Below the pieces are notes generated by a model. It made no database searches. It saw nothing but the letters and a program-made list of their open reading frames with translations, and had not been told where the DNA came from. From contig JADBKH010000007.1 in the NCBI GenBank assembly GCA_014896485.1, positions 83,963-147,962 of the forward strand: a stretch of 64,000 nt of DNA. The letters run 5' to 3'. A program made the position numbers and the translations under genes. Below, piece after piece: positions 1-8,938 of the stretch (position 1 is its first letter; each line of letters starts with the position of its first letter). This stretch comes from Bacillota bacterium. GTDB lineage: Bacteria > Bacillota > Bacilli > Bu12.

Positions 1-686
1 TAAGTCGACGTTGCCATGATTTGCCCTCCCAGGGAATGGTAATGGCCTTGGTGGATACAATCTCTCGGAAATCAGACAACCTGCTGGCATATGCGGCGAT
101 CTTGGCCAAATCATAAGCGGACGAATAAGGAGCACCGGTATCTAATCCAGCTGGATTTGTAAAATGACTGTCTTGCAGCTGGAGTCGCGTAGCCAAGTCG
201 TTCATTTCGCGGACAAACCCTTCGACAGAACCAGAGGTGAGCAATGCGACTGCGGTTGCGGCGTCGTTACCCGACCGCAACATCATGCCGTAAAGTAACT
301 GGCGCAATGTCATGTGTTCATGCGCTTGCAGGTAGATCGAAGAACCTTCTACACCGACCGCTGCATCCGGAATACTCACTTCCCGATCGACATGGTCTTT
401 TTCAAGAGCGACCGTTGCCGTGACAATTTTGGTGAGGCTGGCAATTGGCAAGCGTTCGTGCGCAGCCTTACTATAGAGCACCCTGCCAGACTCAGCATCG
501 AGCAAGCAAACGGCCCGAGCTGAAACGGTTGGAGGTGCCAGTTGCTGTGCGTGTACCTCGCAGAGATCTGCTGGCCAGATCGTCACGGCCACAAGAAAGA
601 ACAAGAGCAGGAGCCATCCGGTGTTTTTGCTTCTTTCCCACGTTTTTTTCCTGGACTTGCCTTCAGCATATGCTCGGTTACAGGTC
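1..686 (-). CDS. D-alanyl-D-alanine carboxypeptidase (peptidase S11, DacB-like); C-terminus runs off the left edge
   Basis: My own minus-strand translation gives MTCNRAYAEGKSRKKTWERSKNTGWLLLLFFLVAVTIW as a signal peptide. It continues ...ARAVCLLDAESGRVLYSKAAHERLPIASLTKIV... with the SxxK motif (SLTK) and SGN motif (RSGND). The open frame has no stop before position 1, which explains its absence from the ORF track. ATG at 686 or 692 overlaps the ytfJ 3' end. Confidence 0.65.
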
Positions 687-1148
687 ATATGCATCCGTGT
701 CGTCTGTGTAGGCTTGTTCCGCATGCTTCCGTTCTGAATGGGCAGCGGGCGCCTCCTTTTGTAGGCGTGCCTCTATCTTTGAAACGATATCTGGAACCAG
801 ATCAACCAGACGGTCATAGAGTGCACCGTTTGGACTGACCGGTACCAGTCGTACATCCTCGTGGCCGACGACCAAAAAGCCGACCGGGCGAATCGAAACT
901 CCTGCCCCACTTCCTCCGCCAAAAGGCCAAGCGGCAGTTCGTTCATGGGTTTCAAACTGGCTGCCGCCTGCCGCAAAACCAAAACTGACGCGTGAGATAG
1001 GAATGATCAAAGTTCCGTCTGGGGATTCGACTGCGTCACCGACTACGGTATTGACGTCCACCATATCCCGCAGATTTTCCATGGCTGCGGACATCAGGGC
1101 TTCGATAGGGTGATGGACAAGCGGCTTCTCTTGTTCTTCAATGGCCAT
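678..1148 (-). CDS. ytfJ: Sporulation protein YtfJ/GerW family
   Basis: HPIEALMSAAMENLRDMVDVNTVVGD...IIPISRV matches the YtfJ N-terminal block. A Gly-rich GGGSGAG segment follows. The ORF is 678..1202 and the likely start is the internal Met at 1148. An alternative ATG at 1094 overlaps the ytfI stop. Confidence 0.7.
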   Translation of the reverse strand: MAIEEQEKPLVHHPIEALMSAAMENLRDMVDVNTVVGDAVESPDGTLIIPISRVSFGFAAGGSQFETHERTAAWPFGGGSGAGVSIRPVGFLVVGHEDVRLVPVSPNGALYDRLVDLVPDIVSKIEARLQKEAPAAHSERKHAEQAYTDDTDAYDL

Positions 1149-1747
1149 CTCCGCATTCTCCTTCTCTTTTGTCGATGGCGCACCCGTTGCACAAGCAGCC
1201 ACAGAGCGCCTGCGATCAGTTTGGCAAGCCGAGTCCGTGCTATACAGGAAAAAGTGCCGTCTATCCGTAAAGCATTAAAGTCTGGTGTGTACGAAAAGGA
1301 GATCTGGCCCAGCCGAAACTGTTGGCGTGCAAAGGCTGCTACCTGGGACGTCAGAAAGTAAGAAAAACCTACTAAAAATGCTGTGAATGCGGCATCGCCT
1401 ACACCGAACCAGATGCCTAACGCCAGACGGGGGAAATAGAAAACAAGACGCATGAAGAGAAGAAGGTCGCGGTTTTGAAAGACGTTGTTGTGCCGCAGTT
1501 GCTTCCAGATGGCTGGATACGCTTGTCGATGACGTGACCCGACACGGTGGTGCGCACGCTTGTTTTGGAGAAGCAGTTTCCGATTGCCGATTACAAGGTG
1601 TCCATTGCGCCGAAAAAGGCAAACACCTACGAACCGAACAGATAAGGAAAAACGTACACGAACTGCTCGCTTGGTAGCGAGCAGTTGTACGTCGATCGGC
1701 AATAAGAATAGGAGAACGAAAGCAATCAAGAGCGTTAGAAGAAGCAT
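1094..1747 (-). CDS. ytfI: YtfI-like DUF2953 membrane protein
   Basis: Hydrophobic N-terminus MLLLTLLIAFVLLFLLPIDVQL. It sits immediately upstream of ytfJ, as in B. subtilis ytfI-ytfJ. Confidence 0.45.
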   Translation of the reverse strand: MLLLTLLIAFVLLFLLPIDVQLLATKRAVRVRFSLSVRFVGVCLFRRNGHLVIGNRKLLLQNKRAHHRVGSRHRQAYPAIWKQLRHNNVFQNRDLLLFMRLVFYFPRLALGIWFGVGDAAFTAFLVGFSYFLTSQVAAFARQQFRLGQISFSYTPDFNALRIDGTFSCIARTRLAKLIAGALWLLVQRVRHRQKRRRMRRWPLKNKRSRLSITLSKP

Positions 1748-1808
1748 CGTTGCACGTAGTGTCTACACAACGGAAGGGACTTTATGCACCCCAACTCGTT
1801 TAAAAATG

Positions 1809-3152
1809 TCAACCAGCTACAGCATTTATGGCAGAAAGAGAACGCAAACGCTGCGGAACGCGATCAAAAGCGATAAGGCTTTCCAAGCGTTCTCGTTCGA
1901 TGATCAGATCGGCTTGTCCCTCTTTGACCAATACCATGGCTGGGCGAGGTACACGGTTATAGTTGCTGGCCATTGAATAAGTATAGGCACCAGTATTGGT
2001 GATCGCGACGAGATCGCCAACGTGCACTTTTGGCAAAAAGGCATCATACACAAGCATATCTCCACTTTCACAATACCTACCCGCGATCGAGACACGCTCT
2101 TGAGGCACTTCGGCTGCTCTGTTGGCAAGCAATGCTTCGTATCGAGCTTGATACAAGGCCGGACGGATATTGTCGCCCATTCCGCCATCAACCGCAATAT
2201 AAGTACGAATGCCCGGTATCTCTTTGCGGACGCCAACTCGATAAAGCGTCGTTCCGGCAGGACCGACAATGGCACGTCCTGGTTCAATCATCACTCCCGG
2301 TACAGGCATGTGACGAGAGGTGAATGCATGCCTTGTGGCCTGACAGATGGCATGGACATAAGCTTCCGGTGTGAAGGGTCGATCCTCTTCCGTATATCGG
2401 ATTCCAAAACCGCCACCGACGTTCAGCCAGGGGATCTGTATGCCCAGCTCAGTCTGCAGTCGAGCCGCAAAGGCTGCCATCTTTTCGATCGCAAGTTCAA
2501 ACGAGGCCAATGTAAAAATTTGGGAACCAATGTGGCAATGCAAACCATCTAGGATCAGATGTGGGTCCTCGTTTGCCCGTTGCGCTGCTGCCATGGCCTG
2601 CCCACTCAATAAATCCAAACCGAATTTAGAGTCTTCTTGCCCCGTTTGCACATACTCATGCGTGTGCGCCTCAACTCCCGGGGTGACTCGTAGCAGAACT
2701 CGCATCGTCGTCTCTCGCTGACGGAGAATCTCTTGAAGACGGGTTAATTCATCGAGATTGTCGATGACAATATGGCCGACGTGCGTGTCGATGGCGTAGC
2801 GCAGTTCTTTTGCTGTCTTATTGTTGCCGTGGAAGTAGAGGGCATTGGGTTCGATTCCGGCGGCAAGTGCCGTATAAATCTCACCTGCAGAGACAACGTC
2901 GAATTGGCATCCTTCATCATGGACGATCTGAAGCACGGCCATCGTGCAGAGTGCTTTACTTGCATAAAGCACTTGAAAGGGCAACCCTTCTGCTTCAAAA
3001 GAGTGGATATACCGGGATGCCGCTTCACGAATGCTGGTTTCGTCCAACACATACAACGGTGTCTCAAACCGCTCTGCAAGGAGGAGACTGTCACATCCCC
3101 CAATTTCTAAGTGACCTGCTTCGTTGATTCGTTCCGTGCCTGGTAACTGCAT
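1809..3152 (-). CDS. lysA: Diaminopimelate decarboxylase
   Basis: PLP fold-III decarboxylase along the full length. MQLPGTER...ETPLYVLDE... is LysA-like. Start set to the internal ATG at 3152, preceded by AAAGGAG, because the longer ORF start lies inside the riboswitch hairpin. Confidence 0.9.
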   Translation of the reverse strand: MQLPGTERINEAGHLEIGGCDSLLLAERFETPLYVLDETSIREAASRYIHSFEAEGLPFQVLYASKALCTMAVLQIVHDEGCQFDVVSAGEIYTALAAGIEPNALYFHGNNKTAKELRYAIDTHVGHIVIDNLDELTRLQEILRQRETTMRVLLRVTPGVEAHTHEYVQTGQEDSKFGLDLLSGQAMAAAQRANEDPHLILDGLHCHIGSQIFTLASFELAIEKMAAFAARLQTELGIQIPWLNVGGGFGIRYTEEDRPFTPEAYVHAICQATRHAFTSRHMPVPGVMIEPGRAIVGPAGTTLYRVGVRKEIPGIRTYIAVDGGMGDNIRPALYQARYEALLANRAAEVPQERVSIAGRYCESGDMLVYDAFLPKVHVGDLVAITNTGAYTYSMASNYNRVPRPAMVLVKEGQADLIIERERLESLIAFDRVPQRLRSLSAINAVAG

Positions 3153-3194
3153 GTATTTCGCTCCTTTATTATCCACGGCGTGCTCCATAGGAAA

Positions 3195-3395
3195 GGCGAC
3201 CCACTTGGGTCGCCACTATTGACGTACCACACGTGGGGATAGCGCTCCGCCGATCGGCGACAGTTTTACTGCGCTGTGCAGTAAACCCAACGGTACGTTT
3301 CGGCAGACGAACCGTTTCGGCAAGCGTACCCTTCCCCGGCTTCCTAGATGCCTTTCTCCCCCGGGTACCGTAACCGCTTGCAACCTCTATCCCAA
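3195..3395 (-). promoter_or_regulatory. Lysine riboswitch (L-box) leader of lysA
   Basis: The minus-strand leader reads AGAGGTTGCAAGC...GGGGGAGAAAGGCATC...GGGGAAGGGTACGCTTGCCGAAACG...ACTGTCGCCGATCGGCGGAGCGCTATCCCC. This reproduces the L-box blocks AGAGGUGC, GGAGAAAG, GCCGAAG and CUGUC...GGAG.GCUAUC. The hairpin GGCGACCCAAGTGGGTCGCC just before the RBS is probably a sequestering or terminator stem. Confidence 0.6.
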
Positions 3396-3443
3396 AGCGC
3401 TCTTGATCCACTGCTTCATTTGTGATGAACAACATATACCATA

Positions 3444-3480
3444 GGAAAGGGTCGGGTGGCAAGCCGAACCGACCCTTTGA
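3444..3480 (-). terminator. Hairpin terminator between spoVAEB and the lysA leader
   Basis: 7-bp GC stem GGGTCGG/CCGACCC at 3449-3475 flanked by AAA and TTT, directly downstream of the spoVAEB stop. Confidence 0.45.
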
Positions 3481-3509
3481 CGCAAATCGATGCGAGGTCA
3501 GGGTGGCGG

Positions 3510-3863
3510 TTATCCCCGTGGTCTGGCAAAGAGGGAGGCCAGAAAGCCAAAGACGATCGCAGAGGAGATCCCCGCGCTGGTCAATTCAAAGATGCCCGTG
3601 ATTGCCCCGATCAGACCATCCCGTTTTACTTCGGCAATCGCTCCATGGGCCAGGCTGTTTCCGAAACTGGTGATGGGAACACTTGCGCCTGCACCGGCGA
3701 AGTCGATCAATTTTGGATATAGGCCGATTCCGGAAAGGATGGCCCCGGCAACGACGAAGATCACCATCACGCGAGCAGCTGTAAGGTGGGCGACATCGAT
3801 TAACAACTGTCCTACTGCACAGATAGCACCACCCACCAAAAAAGCCCACAAAAAAATCATCAA
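3510..3863 (-). CDS. spoVAEB: Stage V sporulation protein AEB
   Basis: 117-aa polytopic membrane protein, FAGAGASVPITSFGNS, paralogous to SpoVAC. Last gene of the spoVAC-D-EB order. Confidence 0.8.
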   Translation of the reverse strand: MMIFLWAFLVGGAICAVGQLLIDVAHLTAARVMVIFVVAGAILSGIGLYPKLIDFAGAGASVPITSFGNSLAHGAIAEVKRDGLIGAITGIFELTSAGISSAIVFGFLASLFARPRG

Positions 3864-3878
3864 ATTGCCCCCTGATTT

Positions 3879-4883
3879 TTAATTGTTTTCAAGTGCCACG
3901 GCATGGGCAATGCAAGGGATGTTATCCCCTTGTTCGATAGAGACGGGAGAGTGTAGCGAACCAGTTGCAACCACCAGCAAGCGGTTGAGTTCATGTCGGC
4001 GCATGCGTGTCAATAGGTGGCCGAACAGAAAACTGGCAATACACCCCGCTCCTGACGCTCCTGCTTGTACCGATGGGTCGCTTCCATAGTACGTTGCACC
4101 GGCATCCATCAGCCGCTCCCCCAAATCCAGATGGGCATCCCGCAAGAGTTGTTGCGCAGCTTCAAGACCGTATGCAGCCAGATCCCCTGTGACAATGAGA
4201 TCATAGTCGCTCGGTTTTCGCCCCGACTCTTTGAAGTGGGTCACGAGGGTATCCACTGCCGCAGGTACCTCGGCCATTCCCATGTTGTAAGGATCGGACA
4301 TGGCGCTGTCGACGACGCGCCCGACGGTCACCCATGTGACAGAGGGACCTTCACCGGTTGCGCTCAAAAGCCCGGCCCCTGCTGCCGTTACGGTCCACTG
4401 CGCAGTCTTCGGGCGTTGAGAACCATATTCGGTAGGAAAACGCATCTGGCGTTCCGCAGAGGCGTTGTGGCTGACTGCACCCGCCAATGTATATGTGGCC
4501 ATCCCTGATTCGATCAACAGTGCAGCCAATGCCAACGCCTCACCAGCTGTTGCACAGGCGTTGAACAGTCCAAAATAAGGGACACCAGCTGTTTGAGCCG
4601 CAAAGGTGGACGAAATGATTTGATTCAGCAGATCACCAGCAAAAAGCAAGTTTACCTTCTGGGCCTCGATTTTTCCCTTGCGCAGTGTCTCTGCAATCGC
4701 TTCTTCCAAAAGCCTGCGTTCTGCCTTCTCCCAAGAAGGTTGCCCCAGGTAAGGGTCCTCGTGGAGTTGGTCGAAATCATCAGAGAATGCACATTCCATC
4801 TCTTTTGGGCCTCCGACTGCCGCCGACGCAATGACCTTCGCTCGACCTTGTAACTGCCAAGTGCGTTGTCCAACCTGCCCCAT
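3879..4883 (-). CDS. spoVAD: Stage V sporulation protein AD (thiolase-like)
   Basis: MGQVGQRTWQLQ...AGDLLNQI...ATAGEALALAALLIESG shows the thiolase-like SpoVAD fold. The ORF track extends it to 5015 through a Cys/Arg-rich non-genic N-terminus. The true start is taken as the ATG at 4883. Confidence 0.85.
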   Translation of the reverse strand: MGQVGQRTWQLQGRAKVIASAAVGGPKEMECAFSDDFDQLHEDPYLGQPSWEKAERRLLEEAIAETLRKGKIEAQKVNLLFAGDLLNQIISSTFAAQTAGVPYFGLFNACATAGEALALAALLIESGMATYTLAGAVSHNASAERQMRFPTEYGSQRPKTAQWTVTAAGAGLLSATGEGPSVTWVTVGRVVDSAMSDPYNMGMAEVPAAVDTLVTHFKESGRKPSDYDLIVTGDLAAYGLEAAQQLLRDAHLDLGERLMDAGATYYGSDPSVQAGASGAGCIASFLFGHLLTRMRRHELNRLLVVATGSLHSPVSIEQGDNIPCIAHAVALENN

Positions 4884-4900
4884 CTCTGGCCCCTTTCTTT

Positions 4901-5380
4901 TCAGATGGCTGCAATAGCGGCATAGATGAGTGCGACAAAGAAGGCAGCAACTACGCCAAAGACGATCACTGGACCAGCGACACGGAACATCTCTGCCCCT
5001 ACTCCTAATATCCAACCTTCTGTCCGGCGTTCCATTGCAGAAGAGACGATCGAATTGGCAAAACCCGTTACCGGCACTGCCGCTCCGGCACCTGCAAACT
5101 GACCGAAACGGTCGTACCCACCCAATGCTGTCACGACAGAAGCGATCAGGATGAGGGTGGCGACGGTTGGGTTGGCTGCGTCCTCTTTGCTGAAGCCCAA
5201 GGCCATATAGCCGTTTTGGATCGCTTGCCCAACGAGACAGATCAATCCGCCAATGAAGAAAGCCACAATCGTATTGCGTCCAGTTGCTGGACGGGGCAGA
5301 TGATCGGCAATGACCTCTTGAAAGCTACGTTGATCCGATACGGCGCGAGGAAGGGTTGGTTGATCGTTCTTTGAAGCCAT
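4901..5380 (-). CDS. spoVAC: Stage V sporulation protein AC
   Basis: AFFIGGLICLVGQAI...FAGAGAAVPVTGFANS is the SpoVAC signature. RBS AAAGGGGAA precedes the ATG. Confidence 0.85.
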   Translation of the reverse strand: MASKNDQPTLPRAVSDQRSFQEVIADHLPRPATGRNTIVAFFIGGLICLVGQAIQNGYMALGFSKEDAANPTVATLILIASVVTALGGYDRFGQFAGAGAAVPVTGFANSIVSSAMERRTEGWILGVGAEMFRVAGPVIVFGVVAAFFVALIYAAIAAI

Positions 5381-5437
5381 CTCTCGTTCCCCTTTGAGTC
5401 ACATTTTCTCCGATATGAAGCTGTAGACGATGAGAAG

Positions 5438-5468
5438 CACACAAGGCCAGCAGCACTGGCCTTGTGTG
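5438..5468. terminator. Perfect 13-bp inverted repeat (CACACAAGGCCAG / CTGGCCTTGTGTG, 5-nt loop)
   Basis: Read directly from the sequence, 12 nt past the dodecin stop. There is no U-tract on either strand, so it is a hairpin-only terminator or an RNA-stability or processing element. Confidence 0.4.
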
Positions 5469-5480
5469 AATTGAAAGTAC

Positions 5481-5699
5481 TTAGCGGTTTTCTTTGACGC
5501 CGAAGGCAAGATCCACATCTGCCTTATATTCGGTCACGCGGCCAGTCTGTGGATCGACATTGCATGTGAGATTTTTTACCTGTACACCCGTAATGCCCTC
5601 AACGGTTCGCGCTGCTTCAGAAACGGCATTGGTCACTGCCTCTTGGAACGAGTTGGGTGATTCTCCCACAATCTCAATCACCTTCGCTACCTTTGCCAT
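5481..5699 (-). CDS. Dodecin family flavin-binding protein
   Basis: 72 aa. KVIEIVGESP...VQVKNL matches the bacterial dodecin core. RBS AGGAGGG lies 8 nt upstream. Confidence 0.7.
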   Translation of the reverse strand: MAKVAKVIEIVGESPNSFQEAVTNAVSEAARTVEGITGVQVKNLTCNVDPQTGRVTEYKADVDLAFGVKENR

Positions 5700-5807
5700 C
5701 AGATGACCCTCCTGTGCACCTTCAATTGGACGGTCCTTAGCATGGCCAAGGCAGGCCGTTTTATGCCGAAAAACCTTCTTTATGAGCTCTGGGTTGCAAA
5801 GGGAAGA

Positions 5808-6566
5808 TCATTCCTGAAGTTCGACGCGGATGCGGTTGAGGATGCGCTTTTCCAACCGTGAAACCTGTACTTGACTGACTCCCAAAACAGCAGCAACTTC
5901 GGACTGGGTTTTCCCCTGCATATAACGCATGAAGACAATCTTACGGTCCCGCTCATCCAAGCGAGAAAGTACCTCTTTGAGTGCCAGATGATCCACCCAT
6001 TGCTCACCATTATCATTTTCATCTTGAATTTGATCTTCCAAGAGGATCGGATCCCGGTCATTTTCATAGACGGTTTCATAGAGGGAAGCAGGTTGCCGCA
6101 ATGCTTCTTGGGCCAGAATGATCTCTTCAGGCTGCAGCTGGAGTGCTTCAGCAATCTCATGAATGGTCGGCTGTCTTCCCAATTCTTTCAACAGCTGCTC
6201 GCGCTTGCGACGGGCATGTGCGCCAATCTCTTTGAGAGATCGGCTTACCTTGATAGCATGATCATCGCGCAAAAAGCGTTGGATCTCACCGATGATCATC
6301 GGCACGGCATACGTGGAGAATCGCACGTCGTAAGAGAGATCAAATTTGTCGACGGCCTTGATCAGCCCGATACACCCTACTTGAAAAAGATCCTCAGGTT
6401 CATAACCGCGGTTTAGAAAACGTTGTACAACAGACCATACCAGCCGCAGATTCATCTGTACGATCTCTTCACGGGCATGGGTGTCGCCTTGATGGGCACG
6501 TTCCAAGAGACGCTTCAGCTCTTCGTCGGTCAGATCTTCAAAACGGGCGCCCTCCTCGGCTTTCAA
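5808..6566 (-). CDS. sigF: RNA polymerase sporulation sigma factor sigma-F
   Basis: LRLVWSVVQRFLNRGYEPEDLFQVGCIGLIKAVDKFDL...TYAVPMIIGEIQRFLRD...QSEVAAVLGVSQVQVSRLEKRIL is near-identical to B. subtilis SigF. The ORF track runs to 6755 into spoIIAB. A TTG at 6566 gives about 252 aa and sits 2 nt from the spoIIAB TGA. Confidence 0.9.
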   Translation of the reverse strand: MKAEEGARFEDLTDEELKRLLERAHQGDTHAREEIVQMNLRLVWSVVQRFLNRGYEPEDLFQVGCIGLIKAVDKFDLSYDVRFSTYAVPMIIGEIQRFLRDDHAIKVSRSLKEIGAHARRKREQLLKELGRQPTIHEIAEALQLQPEEIILAQEALRQPASLYETVYENDRDPILLEDQIQDENDNGEQWVDHLALKEVLSRLDERDRKIVFMRYMQGKTQSEVAAVLGVSQVQVSRLEKRILNRIRVELQE

Positions 6567-6570
6567 CCAC

Positions 6571-7065
6571 TCACCCCCGTTGCACAGGCTCGTCAGAGAA
6601 ACGCTTGTGCAAGACGATTTCGGTACCCATGTCCGGCGATGAATGGATCTCCACACTATCGCAAAAACTTTCCATGATGCTAAACCCCATGCCGGAGCGA
6701 TCCAAATCCGGCCTTGTTGTGAAAAAAGGTTGTCGGGCCGCTTCAATGTCTGCAATACCAGTGCCGTAATCCCGTATTTTGATGCTTACTTCGCGATCAA
6801 GACGGGTGGCTTGAAGGTAAATCCAACCCATTTGATCTGGGTAGCCGTGCAAGATGGCATTGGTTACCGCTTCCGAGACAGCGGTTTGGATGTCCGCCAA
6901 CTCCTCCATGGTCGGATCCAAAGGAGCAATAAAAGCACCTACGACGACCCGTGCCAAGCTTTCATTTTCAGAACGGCTTAAAAAGCGCATCTGTACATGA
7001 TTGTCAGCAGAGGGCGAAAGAGGTTCAAACGCTGCATCGGTTTGCGGCCACGGCTGTTCAGGCAT
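6571..7065 (-). CDS. spoIIAB: Anti-sigma-F factor (serine kinase)
   Basis: GHKL kinase motifs EAVTNAILHGY, DYGTGI and GMGFSIME. The start may be the internal Met at 6990 (MRFLSRSENES). Confidence 0.85.
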   Translation of the reverse strand: MPEQPWPQTDAAFEPLSPSADNHVQMRFLSRSENESLARVVVGAFIAPLDPTMEELADIQTAVSEAVTNAILHGYPDQMGWIYLQATRLDREVSIKIRDYGTGIADIEAARQPFFTTRPDLDRSGMGFSIMESFCDSVEIHSSPDMGTEIVLHKRFSDEPVQRG

Positions 7066-7405
7066 GAGAAACCTCCTTCACCTGTGCGATTGCTTCAGAA
7101 AGCGTCGGACAAACCGGCATGATCTGGCGGATGCCGGACATTTGCAATAGTCGCCCGACCGTCGGCTGAGGGGCAGCCAAGGCCATCGATACCTTCCTTT
7201 CGCTCAAACGGCGAAAACGCCCCAAGATCAACCCAAGCCCCGATGAATCCATAAAGTTTACCTCTGTCAGATCAAAGACGACCGCCGAAGTCTTAGCTGC
7301 GTCGATGGCCCGATCCACTTCTGTCCGTAACAATTCAACGCGATGGTGATCGAGTTCGCCGTCGAGAGCAATGACCAAGACTTCCTCGACTTGTTGGATG
7401 TGCAT
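7058..7405 (-). CDS. spoIIAA: Anti-sigma-F factor antagonist (STAS domain)
   Basis: 115 aa. LDGELDHH...VFDLTEVNFMDSSGLGLILGRF matches SpoIIAA including the phosphorylatable Ser context. Confidence 0.9.
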   Translation of the reverse strand: MHIQQVEEVLVIALDGELDHHRVELLRTEVDRAIDAAKTSAVVFDLTEVNFMDSSGLGLILGRFRRLSERKVSMALAAPQPTVGRLLQMSGIRQIMPVCPTLSEAIAQVKEVSHA

Positions 7406-7535
7406 GGTTTAAGGAGACCTCCTTCCAGACCAAGAACATTGATCCTAAATAATCCATTAATGCCTGTAACTGAAAATCTCTTGGTGCTAGACTAACGATT
7501 TTTTCGCGATTGCGCAACTGTTGTGCCCTTCCGCT

Positions 7536-7564
7536 GAAAAAAATGCCGCCTCATGTGAGGCGGC
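7536..7564 (-). terminator. Intrinsic terminator downstream of dacF
   Basis: The minus strand reads GCCGCCTCA CATG TGAGGCGGC followed by ATTTTTTT. That is a 9-bp GC stem plus a 7-U tract. Confidence 0.75.
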
Positions 7565-7579
7565 TTCGCGTAAGAGCTG

Positions 7580-8821
7580 TCAATGCCCGAATTGGATCAA
7601 GTGGCGTAAAGTGCGCCCGGCCAATGTAAAAAACGGAGCGCGTTGTGCATCTGCACCGGCAAGGAGTGGCGTTGAAGAAACGATTCGGCCATTGGGCGAA
7701 AGGAGGGTGATCGTGCCGACCGGCGTTCCTTTGCGCAGTGGTAGATCAACAGACTGCCACGCGATTCTTTCTTGATACCCACTTTCGGATTCGCCACGGC
7801 GCAATAACAAAGCGATGGTCTCTCCTGCGACGGCGGGTACATACTCCGGCTGTCCTTTCGGTAGGTGCAGGGTTTTTACCACTTGTCCCTTTTCATAAAG
7901 GTGGCGTTGTTGATACTGAGCAAATGCGTATTGGAGCATATGGGCTACTTCGGCATTACGAGTCTTGGGATTCGGTTCGCCCATGACCACCGCGACAACA
8001 CGAAAGACCTCTTCGGCTTTTGTCGCAGTCAGGCAATAGCCCGCCTGTTGTGTAAATCCTGTCTTGAGTCCGTCGACACCAGGTAGAAAGTGTACCAGTC
8101 GATTCGTGTTGACGAGCTGAAATGGTTTTTTGGAATCCTTGCGAATCCAGTCTTCATAAGTTGATGTATAACGCAAGACTTCTCGATGCTCGAGCAGTGC
8201 TCTGGACATACGCGCGATATCTGCTGCACAGGAATAATGCTGGGACGCAGGTAAACCGTTGGCGTTGGCAAAATGCGTGTGCTTCATACCGAGTGCCTGA
8301 GCTTTTTGATTCATCATGGCCACGAAAGCGGGTTCACTACCTGCAATCCGTTCTGCCAATGCCACTGCGGCATCGTTGGCTGAGGCGATGGCGACGGCCT
8401 TGATCAGGTCTTCGACCCGCATGCGCTCCCCTGGAGCGAGAAAAATTTGACTGCCCCCCATGGAGGCTGCATGAGGGCTGGCTATTACTTCCTCGTTGAA
8501 GGAGAGACGTCCTTGTTCGATGGCTTCGAAAGTGAGCAGTAGGGTCATTACTTTGGTAATAGAGGCTGGCTCCAGTTCCTTGTCGGGTTCTTTGGCGTAG
8601 AGAATCTGTCCTGTGGCTACATCCATGAGGACCGCTGAACGCGCGTGGGGTGCCAAATCCAGGGTTGGTGATTTTTCTGGAGCTTCTTGGGCCACTGCAA
8701 GGGCAGGCAACAGCCCCGATCCCGCAAGAGAAGCAAGGATCAATGCACTCACCCAAGCGGAGACTCGCCGCCTGAGGGCGCCCCACCGTTTTTTCGCTGG
8801 CTGGGCGACGCTTCGTTGCAT
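7580..8821 (-). CDS. dacF: D-alanyl-D-alanine carboxypeptidase DacF (sporulation PBP)
   Basis: SITKVMT is the SxxK motif, SANDAA is the SxN motif. It sits upstream of spoIIAA as in B. subtilis. Start taken at the Met before the signal peptide (MQRSVAQPAKK...). Confidence 0.85.
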   Translation of the reverse strand: MQRSVAQPAKKRWGALRRRVSAWVSALILASLAGSGLLPALAVAQEAPEKSPTLDLAPHARSAVLMDVATGQILYAKEPDKELEPASITKVMTLLLTFEAIEQGRLSFNEEVIASPHAASMGGSQIFLAPGERMRVEDLIKAVAIASANDAAVALAERIAGSEPAFVAMMNQKAQALGMKHTHFANANGLPASQHYSCAADIARMSRALLEHREVLRYTSTYEDWIRKDSKKPFQLVNTNRLVHFLPGVDGLKTGFTQQAGYCLTATKAEEVFRVVAVVMGEPNPKTRNAEVAHMLQYAFAQYQQRHLYEKGQVVKTLHLPKGQPEYVPAVAGETIALLLRRGESESGYQERIAWQSVDLPLRKGTPVGTITLLSPNGRIVSSTPLLAGADAQRAPFFTLAGRTLRHLIQFGH

Positions 8822-8938
8822 GGGATTCCATCTCCCTTTCCCGCGCACCTGTGCACGTTTCCAGGAATACAGTGCCCACACATCGGAAGAGCTATCACGC
8901 ATTTCTTCCCTCAATCGTACAAAAGGAGATGAGGCGGT

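Noticed and set aside
4884-5015. 5' extension of spoVAD to 378 aa
   Set aside because: The extension overlaps the spoVAC 3' end and is Cys/Arg-rich. Conserved SpoVAD begins at MGQVGQRTW.
6567-6755. 5' extension of sigF to 315 aa
   Set aside because: It lies entirely inside spoIIAB in another frame. Canonical SigF is about 250 aa, and a TTG at 6566 fits.
7406-7530. Sigma-H promoter for spoIIA
   Set aside because: ACAGGCATT resembles the sigma-H -35, but I could not find a convincing RnnGAAT -10 at the right spacing. An AAGGAGACCTCCTT palindrome around the RBS was noted but left uncalled.
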